Below, piece by piece: positions 43,301 to 58,300 of a DNA stretch of 64,000 nt; position 1 is the stretch's first letter; each line of letters begins with the position of its first letter. A program made the translations under genes and the position numbers. The notes beneath the pieces were generated by a model. It saw only the letters and a list, made by a program, of their open reading frames with translations. It had not been told where the DNA came from and did no database searches. The DNA is from Glycera tridactyla (taxonomy: Eukaryota), in contig OZ286461.1 of NCBI GenBank assembly GCA_965644265.1, positions 95,542,001 through 95,606,000 on the forward strand, written 5' to 3'.

Positions 43301-46300
43301 GGTGAACGCCTAATGATACTGACCAGGTACTCCTGTGACGTTCCAGAAGTCAGTGGCTTGATGAGTCGGACGTTTCCAGTCACCTCCTCCAAGAGGAAGA
43401 ACAAGTTGCCCTGATTGGTCGCATTCACCATACTGTAACGGATCTCATCCTGCAAATGACAGCAATGATGACAATGATGATAAACTTTGATAATGGCAAG
43501 CCTCGACATCTATAATAGATATGTTGTAGAATGTGGCATGAAATGATAAATGTTCAGACTATAGGTTGGATATACAGCCGCAGCCAGTCATTATCAATGT
43601 TGGGCTGTGTTTGGATTCTTTCCTTGGTGGTTTTGCATCCCGTGGGAACAAATCATGAACTATTACTAACAGTTTGGCATTTGAATGATGACTTCTCCAA
43701 AATCTCATCGAATTCTTGACAAGGTCATCAACAACATTGATATTCTCCTTGAAGTTCCAAAATGTTTGCCTGACCATCTTCTAGAATTCATTTGAAAGTG
43801 AAAGTTCACTATCTGACATGATCGGGTTTGCTGAGAGTACTTGTTGGGAATGTCGGTTGTGATTCCTTTATATTGCACATCAGGCAGTAGAAATGCATGC
43901 TACCTGGCTGATATGTTAGGGTAAGTAAAGAACTAGGATCAGGAATGATGAGTGGACATGAACAGGCAGTTCTAGAATGGGAATGAAGGGGTCATTGTGA
44001 TCACTTGAATACCATCTGAATGTGGTCCTGGATTATCCTCAGTGTACAATTTCGATTGACTGATCTATGAGCATTATCAAAAATAGTTCAATCTCAATTC
44101 AATGTCAAGAGGAAATGACAAGAGTTGTAACTGAAGCATCATTCACAATAAAGGTGTAAAATTCTCACCTGTGCATCGGAGTCAGTTGCAGTCACCTGCT
44201 GGACCACACTGCCAACCTCAAAACTGTCGACCAGCGTCTTGTGATAGGTGGCAACCGGCAGGAAGATTGGCCCGTGTATGTTACGTGCAACACTGATGAT
44301 CACACTCGCTGATGTCTGCACCTCGGGATATGCACTGTCATAGGCGATCAATGTCAACTGGAAATGAACAAGAAAACCATGTTGTGCAATGTCTCACATG
44401 CCAATCACACTCACTCGACAGAAATAGATTCAATCAATCAATCAAGCCTTCAATCAATTGATAATTGATGCATGTAAAAGTGACACATGTGAAAAAGTCC
44501 AATGAGAGGTCAACTTTCAACACAGACGTTCATGATTTCTAAATGTCACTACAATCAATTTTGGTGTGTGTTTGTGTAAGTGTATACATGTTTATGTGTC
44601 TGTGTGTGTGTGTGAGTGTGTGTGTGTGTGTGTGCATGTGTGAGTGCTTGCGTTCGTGTCCATGAATATGTGTGTATGGCTCCTTTTTAAAGACAAGGCT
44701 TGTTTGCTCAATTGCCTCCAATACAACCACTCCAAACATTGCCTCCAAGAACCCAACTGACCTCATAGCTGCCAAGTTGTAGACTATCAAGGGTCAGATC
44801 TCGAACCACCTTGATATCGGCTCTTGTGCTTCTCGTCTCCAAACCAAAGAAGCTCTGCGATGGGTACACCCCAATGATTGAGTAAACAATTTCACCCTGG
44901 AAATAAATGCATTTCATGTCAAATCAATCGTGAATAGATTGTGCAATACAGCAAAAATGAGACAACTTATATAACAGAGAGTAAAACGTGCATAGTTATT
45001 TCACGAAGTCAAAAGCAGATCAGCACTCAACGAAATCACTGAAGGCTGTATAACAGGCATGATTTTGTACTTGTCTGGTAATATCCATCAAGTGATCAAT
45101 AAATCACATCCAGTTGTGAGATACAAAATGCAAGAAAAATACAAAATATAATATGCATATTCCTACATTAAATTACTACATCATTCTTTCATTCCAGATG
45201 ACAATCAATCATCACTGTGATAAACATCACAGTTACCTCGAAATCTGGTCCCTCAAGACACATGCCAACTGATCAAAGGTACAATTTCAATTGAAACAGC
45301 TAGTTCTTTGCAGGTCATTGCCCTCCACAGACCTGCTAATTACAGGTTCCACAACATTTATAGAAAATATATATGACTTAGGTCCGTCATGAAATATTTT
45401 GAACATACCATCATATGCATTTTCACAGCAATGTCACAGGATATACATTGTTGAATTAACAAGTCCCTGAATGATTGGCACCTTTCATGATACTGGCATG
45501 TCATGTCACTAGTCTGTTGAGCACCTATATACATGCTCACTGAATGATCAATAAATGTTCGAATCATTTAAAAGATGGTAGAACATGCATTAAGCAACTA
45601 AGCTTGGGAGGTCAGATGACTGCTTAATACTGACGAGTTATTGTGGAAATAGTCTTGCAGGACATCAGGAAGTAGGTGCTTGAGATAGATGGTTGCTGAA
45701 ATCAGTAGTTGCTCAATACAGTTTCCACACTACCCCCAAATTGGTATTACAATCCTGGCTGATTCCCCTTCTGCCTCAAAATCAGGCTTTCACATTACAA
45801 GGTGCTCTCAGCTCTCAGTTACATGTACCCCACAGAGAGGGCGAAATCCAGAGTTGCCACCTTATTTTCAGTGTTTTGCCAGATCTTAGAAAAGAGAACC
45901 CTTTGTCAATGACACAATGTTAATGAAGGGATGACACCAAGAATGTGGGTAGACAATAGACAATTAACTCATTTGACTGGTCGATTTCCATTGAGTCCTT
46001 TCAGGCCCCACTCGCCAGCGCAGATGATGAAACGTGCTCAACGCAAAAGTACCAGCCGAATAGAAAACGATGATAATCGCCTTTTTTTATAATTTCATAT
46101 GGTGCCACCAATAAGCATGAAACACATTGTTGGAATAGTTTTATCTACAAGTCTAATCCTTTACTTGAAGTTCATCACTACTGTTGGAGAATTTTGACAA
46201 TGAGAGATCAATGCAATGAACATCATGCATTTTTCATTTGCTTTCATAAATGTCATCATGTCCTCAAATGGGACTTTTCATACTCTGCCAAACCTTGATT

Positions 46301-49300
46301 CAATGAAGGTATTAGCCATCCTATTTGGAACAGAGGCCACCTGGTGGATTGTATGAACAATTAAGTTCTACTTTCATTGTTGCGGCCTTATCCAGCAGGT
46401 GGCAGAAGTTTATAAGAAAATGCAATTGATATCGTCAGGAAGTTTGAAGAAATTGACTGAATTAGAGGAACCTTCCAGGATGACATAACAGATGGATTGC
46501 TCAATTTGGTAAGTGATGAAAAACAAGTAGTGATTCTTTTTGCTGAGTGACATCATAACATAACCTTGCAGTGGTTTCCCAATTCTGGAAAAAAAATCAG
46601 CCCACTGAGAAGCATGGGGATCCATTCACTAAATTTTAGGGATATCACAAGTTTATTGTCTGCTTCCAGGCAATCCTAAATTCCAGTGAAGAAATCCCCA
46701 GGTGATAGCAAGGTAGACTCCAAAAGGCAAAGCGAAACTTATTCAAAAATACTATCACTATCACTAAATGGGATACTACTGAAATAATTGTCCTAGATGG
46801 AGGATGGGGAACTGGTAAGGTATACATACTTTCTTAGGTAAAATCTATCAATCTTCAGATACTGAGATATAAAACATTGCTCATCAATGTCTTGTATTCT
46901 TGCATATATTCATATCAACTCAGCCCACCACTTTTCCATCAAATAAGTGTACTACAGGATCATGTATTATTTTATTATCATTATTGAAATCCATGTCAAC
47001 TCAATTTCATCTGACATGCTGGTTGAATATTGATTTTCACAACCATATCTTTGCATGAGTCTGAGCACAATGCCCTCAGAACATGAATCTATCAGCAAGC
47101 TGCTGAAATACAGAGAGAAAACAGCCTTGAGTTTCTATATTTTATACTTCAGTATCTATAGTTCCCTACTTGTGTTGGGGAAATAGCATTTATCGATATG
47201 AATGCATCGCGGGGAATGACCTTTCACCTGCCAAGGTGTTATACATCCCTGAAAACATTTGCTCTGGCTCAGAACCACATCTGATGATGAAAATCATAAT
47301 TTTGTGAGATACTTTTACTTATATAAATAAAGATACATTATGAAAACAACTTCCAATTGTTGATATATCTGAAATATTGCAAAGAGGGCTGCCATGACAT
47401 AAAGGCACACAGAGCAACAACATCCAAATTTCCATGAATGATAGAGCTATATTTTGCTGCTTTGAGAGCACATAGAATCCATTCACATTCCTTTCGCAGG
47501 CCTTCAACGTGTATCATATACCCAATGCATACTACAGCACAATGAGAACTGCTTTTTCATTGGCAGTTCAAAAACCAGTTCAAATATCAGATTGTCCAAT
47601 AAAGACACAAAATCAGAATCTCTTTTTCATTGGCTGATATTCAGTACAATATCCAATCAATCAATCAGATTATCCAAAAATGAAACACAATAAATCTGCA
47701 CTTTGTCATAGTCAGAACAATAACCAATTCAATAATTCAATGATATTCAGTTAGATGATCAGTACGATAATCAGTGTACAAGAACACAAAATGAGAACTG
47801 CTTTGTCATTGGCTGATATTCAGTTAGATGATCAGTCCAATAATCATAGTGTCCAAGAACAGCAATGAGAAATGCTTTGTCATTGGCTGATGGTATAATA
47901 CACAGATCAAGTTTTAGATTGAGAATCTAATGGGTAAATGTATTGAGAACTGTATTGCCATGGACTTATATCCCATTCATAAAGCGCTCCTGTGGCCATA
48001 GTGACAATCTGATGATGCAGCATATGAATTACTTCTTTCCTATTGGCTGATAATCATAAAGGTATTTTGGCAGGCAAAATGTGAAGCTAGCAGGTGACGG
48101 AAAAGGGAGGGAAAAGCATGTCAAGGATAACAATATCATACCACAACTTGCTCCACCTGCTTGACAATATGGACAACATAGACAACATATAAAGCTTTGT
48201 ATAAAAGCAATGTATTACATAAAAATGCTGTAGCATGAAGCAAAAATCCACATTAGCCAGACAATAGTCCTCTGGCCCTGTGGTAACATTTTGTAAACAT
48301 TTACTTCAACAATTATATTAGGGGCTGCTCCAAACACCATGTAGGGGGAATAATCAAGGTAAAATCCAACCACCATTTTATGCCACAGATTCATCACGGA
48401 ATGACAGGTTCATTATTGAAGCATTAAACTGCCATTTATATCACGACTATGGAAGAGTTTTCCATTCATATCTGTGGCATAAATATAGGAAACTATGCCT
48501 GTGAGAGAAACAAATTGCATCTGATATGGCGGGCTTCATGTGGGATTTGACAGCCCATGTCACCCTTGGAGTGACTTCATCTTGTGAGGATACAAATTGT
48601 TTCTTTTATCGACATAGTCTCTTATTCTAAGTGACCATAGGCACTTACAGGACTGTTAAAAGAGTGTTTTGGTAGAGGGCATTCATTTTCATTAATTGTT
48701 TTGCTGATCATAACATCTGCCTCAACATTGTTCTCTGTTGGTTAATAGCATTCATGTAACTGAGGTCAACACTTATAATAGGACTAGCCCATACTTTTAT
48801 TGAAACATAACTTCATGTTATCACTTTTGATTAAGCCGAAATTTTAAATGTTATTATACTGTATAGGAGAAAAAAATAAACCATGATTGTCTATGCAGCG
48901 AATGTATACCACGACTCTAGAACTATTTCAAGACAACTAAGTGCATTACTACATTCAAAGTGCATATCAATACTACCAATTCTCCTGAATGAACAGGTTC
49001 ATTTCAGAAATCAAAATACTGAATTCATCTATGACCTATATAATAACTCCTAAAATATATCAAATGACTTACTGAGCTGGTGGAAGCATCATCTGTGTTC
49101 AAGACTGACCCTACACCTCATTAATGCCATTCATTGGTAGACCTCATAGAACAAATGCTACCAAATATTGAATTGCCTCCCAGAGATTTGGAGGTATTCA
49201 ACTGATTCCCATCAATGATTTGTATCCATGTTATAAAACCAAGAATATTTATCCATGAGGTTAATATGCAATACCAAATGAGGTCTAAATCTCGCTGGAT

Positions 49301-52300
49301 GTCACTTGGCAAAATTAACACCTTGCTTCTATTTCTCACTGTTATCATGCACTAATGTCAGAATGACAAATTTGAATTCATCGGTATTTAGATGGGCCTG
49401 CATCAGCAGATGCTTGCTCGTAACTTCCAGAGCACTCACACTGATGTATATGAACTTGGGAGAAATTCTCCTCGATATAGTTTCAACATTCAAAATTCTT
49501 ATTGATATATAGCTAAAGTAGTTCACATACTGATCTCATATAATGACACCAGCTTGATTTGTTGGTCCACATGTGGTGTTCTCGTTTGCATAAGTTCCTC
49601 AGATGACACTTGTAAGCATGCACCAACAATATATCTATTCAAATATTTTTGAATCATGTGTATCTTATGCAAAGATGATTCTTAATTCAATATAATTTCA
49701 ATATGCTATCAAGTTGAATAAAGGGACTGTTCCCATTTTCCCTACATCATAGTGAAACAACTTCCCCCAACTCAGCTGTCATTTGACGAGTCAGATTGGT
49801 TTCTGTTACAAGCATAACACAATATACACCTCAGTTGCTCAGTGATTACAATGAATTCAAAGCCAGGATATCTTCAAAAACAACTTATTAGTCAGTAACA
49901 GCTGGTATAACTAATAGACGAAAAATCAACCCTATGTGATAAGAAACAAGGGTGAATGGTCAAAGATGAAATACAATTCATGCGAATGGCAGCATTGTAT
50001 TTTTTAGGTCATCATAGATAACTGTCCAGGATCATGGTACATGTACTGTTCAAGACTCCTTTGCACCTCTACCTGTCATGTCTGACGTACGCAAGGAGTG
50101 ACTGCCAAAGTGTGACTTTGGAAATGAGTCAATTGTCCTGGGGATTTGTACTGAGTAACACAGTGTAGGGTTGAGGCCTGGTGGGACCTCCTCAACATGT
50201 ACCACAAGCTGAACACTCCCTAAAGATGACTAATTCTATTATTTGGATCGAAGTACGAAGACCAACACTGTCATGATTCATCATCATACTGAGCACGTTT
50301 TATATATTGCAGCTGCGATAAGTTCACCAGCTTCAGGGATGCTCAAGCAAGTAAAAATTGGTCAAGCTTTTCAGCAAATGTAAATTAATATCAAACAATA
50401 GTATGGATAGAAAAGGATGTTTAATCATAGACTTACCACGCGGCTGTCATCTACTGCTTTTACATCGAGGATCGAGGTTCCTACTGCAGCTGATTCTTCA
50501 ATCTCGGCAGTGTAGAGCGTTCGCTCAAACTCGGGTGGAGTGCTGTCTCTCGGTACTGTGATAATCACCTGTACTGTTGTTGTTCGCTCGTTGGGCAGGG
50601 CCTGATCACTAGCCTCAACTGTCAACTACAAAAGTAAGAATACAGCCATCTGACAAGGTGTAATCAACATCAGAGAAGGAGCTGATGCCAATAAAAGATA
50701 TGCTGGATTCAATATTACTTAGGGTTCAGCATCAATGTGTATTGAAGATTATGGAAGAGAGCAAAACTGACAATCGATATGCTGTGTTGAATACCACACC
50801 GGAATTTGCATCGGAACCTGCCAGTAGGGAGGGGCAGAATAAGGCTAACAAAAGGATTTCCAATCTCTGTATGACATCATAGAGGTAACAAGTGACACTC
50901 ATTTGCGACATCATTGCTCATATCACTTGCAGGGTTTCATACACATTAAAACATACTCACTTCATAAAGTTACTCAGCACTTACTGATGATGTGAATGAT
51001 ATCTTGCTGCTATGCCAAATGAATAGTTTACTGGGACTCTCATCATCCATACTTAGTAATTGCAAGCAAGACCCTGTATGACTATTCTTAAATTCAATGA
51101 AACGTGAAGACAATAGAATCATGGCATGAGTAATTCTTATGTTGATAGTAGATGCTTATGAGAACAGAGTATGACTCACACTATGATATGTAGTGAATAA
51201 CAATTCTACTGGATATAGATTTCAAGCCATTATATGCCATTCTTTGAAAGGTCCATGAATATCACTAGTAACAATATATGCAAAGTTGATAGTGGAATAT
51301 TTTCTTCTTGAGAGTTACCATATATTGCGGAATATATGCGCAGTGTGCAAAGGCATAGTTGAGTTGTGCGCATCTATTTGGAACCAAATCTCAGGAAAAT
51401 CTCAAGACAACCATGGTGAAATTTCAGGGTCATCCTCACACACCATAAACTTGATGAGAAGTGACTGAATACTGCTAAACACATGTAAATCCACTGTATT
51501 CACATGTTTGATGATTTTTCTTCATGAGAATGATGAGAACACTTCTGCCATCTTTGGCCTCTTCAGACCTTGAGAACAAAAAGATAAGAAATCCGGGAAT
51601 TTTTGACTCATGACTATACACAACAATGGCGCCAAATCACTGAAAGAAGATGTCAGCTTTTCATTTTCATATTACAAGGCATGGGCAAATATACTGCAAT
51701 ATACGTTATACTTACAGTGTAGGTTGGATCGGATCCCTCAGTAAGCAGCTTCTTCAATGATATCTGTCCAGTAGTTGGGTTGATGTAGAAGAACTCCAGA
51801 GCCACGTCGTCCCCCAACAGTGAATACTTGATTGTATCCTACAATAACGAAAATAGTATGTTGCAAATATGTTGTTCTTGGTTCCAAGATGATCCATGAT
51901 GAACGTAAAGTTAACCTACTTTGGATCAGTTGTTGAGCAAGACTGCTAGCAGAGTGGTCAAAACGTTATAACACGCTTCAACAACTGTTCCAAAGTAGGT
52001 TAATGTTCATCATGAAAATAGTATGCTTTACACATGAACTATATCATATCACAAAGGAAAACCTCAGTTGGCAGTTGACATTCATTTGGTTAAACGTCTT
52101 TTCCCAGAAATCAAGCAAATTATATTTCTCACTGTCAAATAGTTGTGTCATTGTTGAATCTGCATATGGATTGCCTTCAAAATGGCAGAATCCAGAATAA
52201 TAGTAATAGTGATAGTTAGCAACCTATTTGCACAATCAATGGAGATTTCCATTCATTCACACAGTTTGTGAGATCAGAAACATGCTCATCTTACTACAAG

Positions 52301-55300
52301 TCACAATCATCTTTCTTATATTTTATAGAAACTTACATCATTACCTCTATGCACAAATTGGCCATTGTTTATTGCGGCATATCAAATGAACAGGATTGGT
52401 GAAAAAAATCAATATAGTGAAACCTGGGATGAGAGACCCTCCCCTTCTCCCCTTGACCACTCATAATGGAAAATCCCCAAATATACCTCCGATAAGGGAC
52501 CACCTCTTCTGGGACCAATTCTCTCATCACAGGTTTCACTGTAGATGTTTTCATCTCACATCAAATTTAGATATACATTTCCTAGAAGATGAATATGATT
52601 ATCCCTGAAGAACTTACTCTACCCTATTGATTTAGATATTTCTACTTTTGGCATGAATTGAAACGGAAACTATAGAAATACTAGTCATAACATCATCAGG
52701 GATTGAGTTGTGTGTACACCGTTCAATTCAAAGTACAGATACATCTCTTCATGTTAATAAAAAGGTATTTTCAATTGAAGGTATATCAGAATCGTTACAC
52801 ATGTGTCAAACATGTTTTGTTTTGACCAATTTGTTTTTTTCCTCAATTTCCTATCCATCTTAGTCTACCAAAATCATTTTGTCCTCCAAAATTAGTAGCT
52901 CAATTTCATACAGAATGACAGAAATTTAGCATACATCCATAATAGCCTACAGATACAATAACTGTATCTTTCTTGACATGTCTGCCAACTGGAATGAAGT
53001 TTTATTCATTACTAATGACTTCTTGATTTTATATCACAAGTATATCATCTTAAAATCGGGAATGGGTTGCATCCAGGATTCACACCAAAACAGAATATCC
53101 CATAATTCTCATATGGGGATTTTGTACATTGAAAATGATAGAATTTGAAAAAGACATAAGCATTATATAAGCCACATCACCTTAAGGAATACAGAAAGTT
53201 TTCTTAACTCTGTGGGTCACAGACAGACAATAGATTTTCACTAACTTTGAATATCAATATCAATACTTCACAATACATTGCCACTTGCCAAATAGCATAT
53301 GAATAAAGTTTGGTCGTCAGTGTGTGAAGTCCCGATCTGATATCGAAAGTCACTGAAAATCTGTTGTGAATTCAGTATGCACACACACACATGAAATCAT
53401 ATCTCAACAGAATGTTGACATCAGTAACTAACGACATTATATGACAAACCAGTGGACCACAGACTGATGAAATGTGTTGAAGGAAATAATTCGAAAGATT
53501 CGAGCCACAAGATGGCCAGAGATTATCAAGAGGACCACAAGAGATGGGAAACACCTGCACATATGCAATACACAACCCGTCCTGGGATATCTGATAGATG
53601 GCCTGATCCATGTGAATGAGAGGGGCTAGCCATACTTCATGGTCACGATATGTCATCAGACAAACACTGGGATGCCCTCCTACATTATATCAACCAGGTT
53701 TTATCACATGAAATACAGAAAGAAGATAACCTTTGATATCAACATGCTTAGAAATGTTGGGATGTTTCCGCATGCCAAATATCTGACTTGAGTTGAGCAC
53801 ACGATACATGTATTGATGTTACTGATGGGCATCAAATGTGAAGTGCACCAGCTCATGTAGATATAGTGGTTCACAGTTTTAACTGGAGGACATCATAAAG
53901 CCCTTCAGTTTCACCATCACAACCCATAGCCAATTAAAGTGGAGTCTGCAATGGAACCACCTCCCCTTCCACCGATGAGAAACCAACAACAACAACAAAA
54001 AATACTTCTGATGGGAGACCACTTTCTCAGGGCAGCTATGTTATTTGACATAGTCAGATACATCTCAAACATGAGACCACCTCTTTCAAGCGACAGATTT
54101 TTTGTGACTAAGCAAACCTTGCTCTGCATCGCCAAGCAAAAGATCGCGAAGTTCTCTTCAAATGAACAGAATGCCATCAAGAATAAAAAAGAGTGCCAAC
54201 AGGACAATTTTCTGTATAGACTATACACCACTTGTACAGACAATGTGCTTGGCATGCACAGGCCAAGCCTGGGAATATTTCTGTATCAATGGAGACTTAG
54301 AAGTTTCGGAAGTACCATGATGATTGACCCTCATAACAACTACAGGAGAACATAGATGTGCTCAACCGGAGATAACCATGAAAGCATTTCACTAAGGTCA
54401 GATGCAACAGCAAGACACTAGCATGGCTGACTGGGAATCAAATCAACAGAGAAACTGTAGCCATCTTCTGATGTCAGAAAGGGCACCACAAGACAATGAT
54501 GGCATCGGAAAGGATCTCTAATCCAGTACAACAAGGCATTGATAGTGTTTGCCTATGATTCAGAATGTTGTCGCAGTAATATGAAATTATATGATAGAAA
54601 AAATGCAGAATCTTCTGCGCAAATGCAAAAAAATTGTCTGACAGCAAAAAGAATCATATGAGCTTTGATAAATACCATAGTCACCATACTCCTTATAATG
54701 AACATGTCTAGTTTATTTATGTTGACAGTATCTTAATATTATATCAGATACCAATTAAGATTGCACTGAAGCTGAATCTGGTACTAACAAAAGAAAATAT
54801 CATGGTCATACATGAATTCTGTTAACATTCTGGAGTGCCAAATCAATTTAGCCTCAATGAAATTTCATATCCAGACTCTCATAAGAATCAATTCATGAAT
54901 AAGATGAGTGATTTTACAAACTGAGTTCTCAGAAAATCTCAGGAGTTCTGATTTACTGCCAAATAAGGAGCTTACTCTAATAATAAACACTAAAAGAATG
55001 ACCGTTGCTTCAGGAATTTATTTTGAAAAAAAAATTCATGGCTCTCCGGATTTTTGTATTTGTATTTCTGGTTGAATGATTGTTCTTTGGTGTCATGACT
55101 GTCATATATTTTGAGATACATCTCTGTAGGATTAATACACACTTTCTGCCGAAGATCACCTCACAGACCTTGAGCAGTGATTGTTGGAAACTGGCATAAG
55201 ATTTCAACTTATACCAATCCATGATAGATCAAATTGAATAATCACTTGGAGGGGATCACTAATGTTATAACTGGCTTGATCTATGATGCAATCCTTTTCT

Positions 55301-58300
55301 GGTTTCAAGAACATGTTCATTGGAAAAAGTATGATAATATTGGGGATACATGTATCAGTAGAAGCTCTGTGGCTTTGGCCACCTGTCAAAGACATGAGAG
55401 CATAATCAGCCATTTTATGAATATCACATAGTACAGTATGAATATGAATACACCTGACTGCTTGGAATATATGCCTGGTCTCAAGTGCTGACTGACCACA
55501 GATGTCATGAATACTGCTACCAAGGTTGATTGGTTTGTTGATTGTGAATGCTATTTGGGCCTTATTAAGATGCCGATGCAATGGACATGCCACCATAAAT
55601 TATAACTTCACCTATGAGTTGTATATAATAGCACAAATCTATGCTTATTGAAGTTGGAGGAACATACACTAAGAAGACAAGCAACATGATTTTCTCCTTC
55701 ACATGACAATGAAGGTCATTCTACACTTTTCCAGAATAGCATGAGATAGTAATCAACAAACAGTCAAACCTGTCTGTAAAAGTCCTCTCCGGTCACATAA
55801 GAAAGTGACCTTCAGATGGTCTTCATAGATAGCTCAGGGTGGCCTTCATAGGCAGGTGGTCTTTATAGCGAGGTGGCCTATAGAGCAGGTTCGACTATAT
55901 TTCGTAGGTTCATATATGACAGTGTGTTGGAACATTTGATATACAGAATCTGGAACTACTTTCTCCTTACATACTCATTGCATAGATTCTGTAAACAACA
56001 TCTCAGTAAACCACCTAGTCAATACTTGGATTTGCATGCTTGGATAATTCAAGCGATTGGATTCACATCCAAATTGATTATCAAGATGATTGTTTGCTGC
56101 AGTGGTCTGTGGTCAGAGCACAAAAACATTTGGCATATATTTCAAGCAAAATGTGAGAATTTTATATCACAAACACACAAAACAAGGATCCAGGCCGCCA
56201 GTCTATGCTGCCCTATACTTGACCTATTTTGGATCTGTGATATAAAAGTCTCCGAAATGTAACTTTTAAACAGATACCATGATCAGCGTGCTGTTCCTAT
56301 CGCCATCATCATATACAGCCTTCAAGAGTAAACAGTCATTGAAGGAAGAGAGTGGAAATTGGGCCAGGTCAGGGAGAGAAGGGAGAGCTTGTCAGGAAGA
56401 GAAAGAAGGAGAAAAAAGCAGAGGAGAGAAGATTAGATGAGTGTGGAAGAGAGAGAGAGAAAGAGAGAGGGAGAGGAGAAGAAGAAGGAGGAGAAGAAGA
56501 AGAAGAACCAGAAGAAGAAAATCTCTCATAATTTGGGATGGACATCAGTTATCCACACATAACCACACATTTTTGCGTCCATTTGACAGGGAATGGGAGT
56601 TCACACTTTTACAAACTGAATTGAAGAGATTACTGCAAACATCGGGCTTATTGTTCACAATATCACATAGCTTCCTTCTCAGATCAGTGTTAACTGTGCC
56701 ATATCAATATACTGTGCAAAATATCCAGATGTGATGAACGAGAACTGGGATTACTTTACCTTTTCATAGAGTCATAACATATTTGATGTGCGAATGCCAG
56801 AAACCATATTAACTGGAATATCTCACTATCTGGTTCAAGTATTCAATACCACAAAGGCTGATATGGTTCATGAAACAAAAACCACACAGTGGGACATTGT
56901 GATTCAGTCACAAAATTATGGTTTCTTTGTTGTCGAAGCAGAAAAATCTGAATATATCTTAAAGCAAGATGAGAATCTTATATCACAGACACACTGAAAG
57001 GACCACTTCACAAATCTAGGGTCATATCTCATACTTTTCCACAAATGGAATTTTCTGGATCTGTGATATAAATATCTCTGGAATGTAATATTGATAGATA
57101 CCATGATCATCGTGAAGTTTCCATCTTCCTCAGTGTATTGAGCCTTCAAGAATAAACAGTTAGTGACATCTCATGAATGATTTGATGTTCAGAGACTTCT
57201 TGCACTTCTTCATGGGAAGACTAGCATGATATGCAACACATTAGATCAATATATGATTATATAAATCAGCCAAATTCACTCAGACAGGATTTGTCGGAAT
57301 GACTGAATGTAATTTGATCTCTTGTCCCTCATGTCCCATATTCACCTGATTGTATATGGAGCTAAGGCAGAGCAGTGATTGCCTACCTCATGTCAGGCTG
57401 CATAGATAATCTAGCAGCCTACAATTACAAATCGGTATGTTGTTTGTATGACCATATGCTACCTGATGTAGCCAATAATGTTCCTCTTTTTTTCAGCTGC
57501 ATAGTGATGGTCATTTGGTTGATTGCCTGGTTGTTCCACATCCCATAAGCACCATCTGGGTTATATTGAGAATTCCATACAATGGGCACAGATGGGGTCA
57601 TTCAAGAATGCTCCTGGCACCCCAACAGAAGTCAAATAATTATGAAATTCATGGAGAAAATAAAACTGACAAAGGATAAGAGAGAGATACATGTTGATTT
57701 GTTCACATATTTCTCATCCTCTTCAGAAACTTATGAGTAAATGAATTAATCACTATACTAAACTATTCTATCCTACTATACATTATGACATTGTACAAAT
57801 TCAAACAAAGGTACTTACCCCATCTCCATCCGTAGCTGTCACTTGAATGACAGGTTCGCCCAGAATTGCGCGGTCTGATACAGTCACTTGGTACGTACTC
57901 TCTGAGAATTGAGGTGCGTTTGCATTGCGCTGGACCAGAATGGTGACGTCTGATGTGGCCACTCTCCCAGGCTCAGCATCATCCACTGCGGTCACTCTCA
58001 ACTGTGAAAAAAATTGAAAGATTCAGTTGATTTGGACTCAAATGTCATCATTGCTAAATCAGTATTACTGAAACCAAATGATATGATTTTATCGCATGGG
58101 ATCTAAAAATACTATCATGTTTTCCTAGGTATACATTCGAAGCAAGTAGCAAGTCCCAAAATTGTAGGCTTCACTTATAATTTTGGTCAAACTCGCAATA
58201 CAGTGAAACCTGTCGGAGGGGGTCTCTCGTCACAGGTTTCACTGTAATCATTTTGCTGGTTGGTTGATTGATTCACATCTTGGGAGCAGCACCTGAGCTG

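Noticed and set aside
53939-54355. 138-aa plus-strand ORF as a nested gene
   Set aside because: It starts at GTG, runs through MITE-like gagacc motifs and low-complexity sequence, and at best overlaps a decayed LINE fragment.
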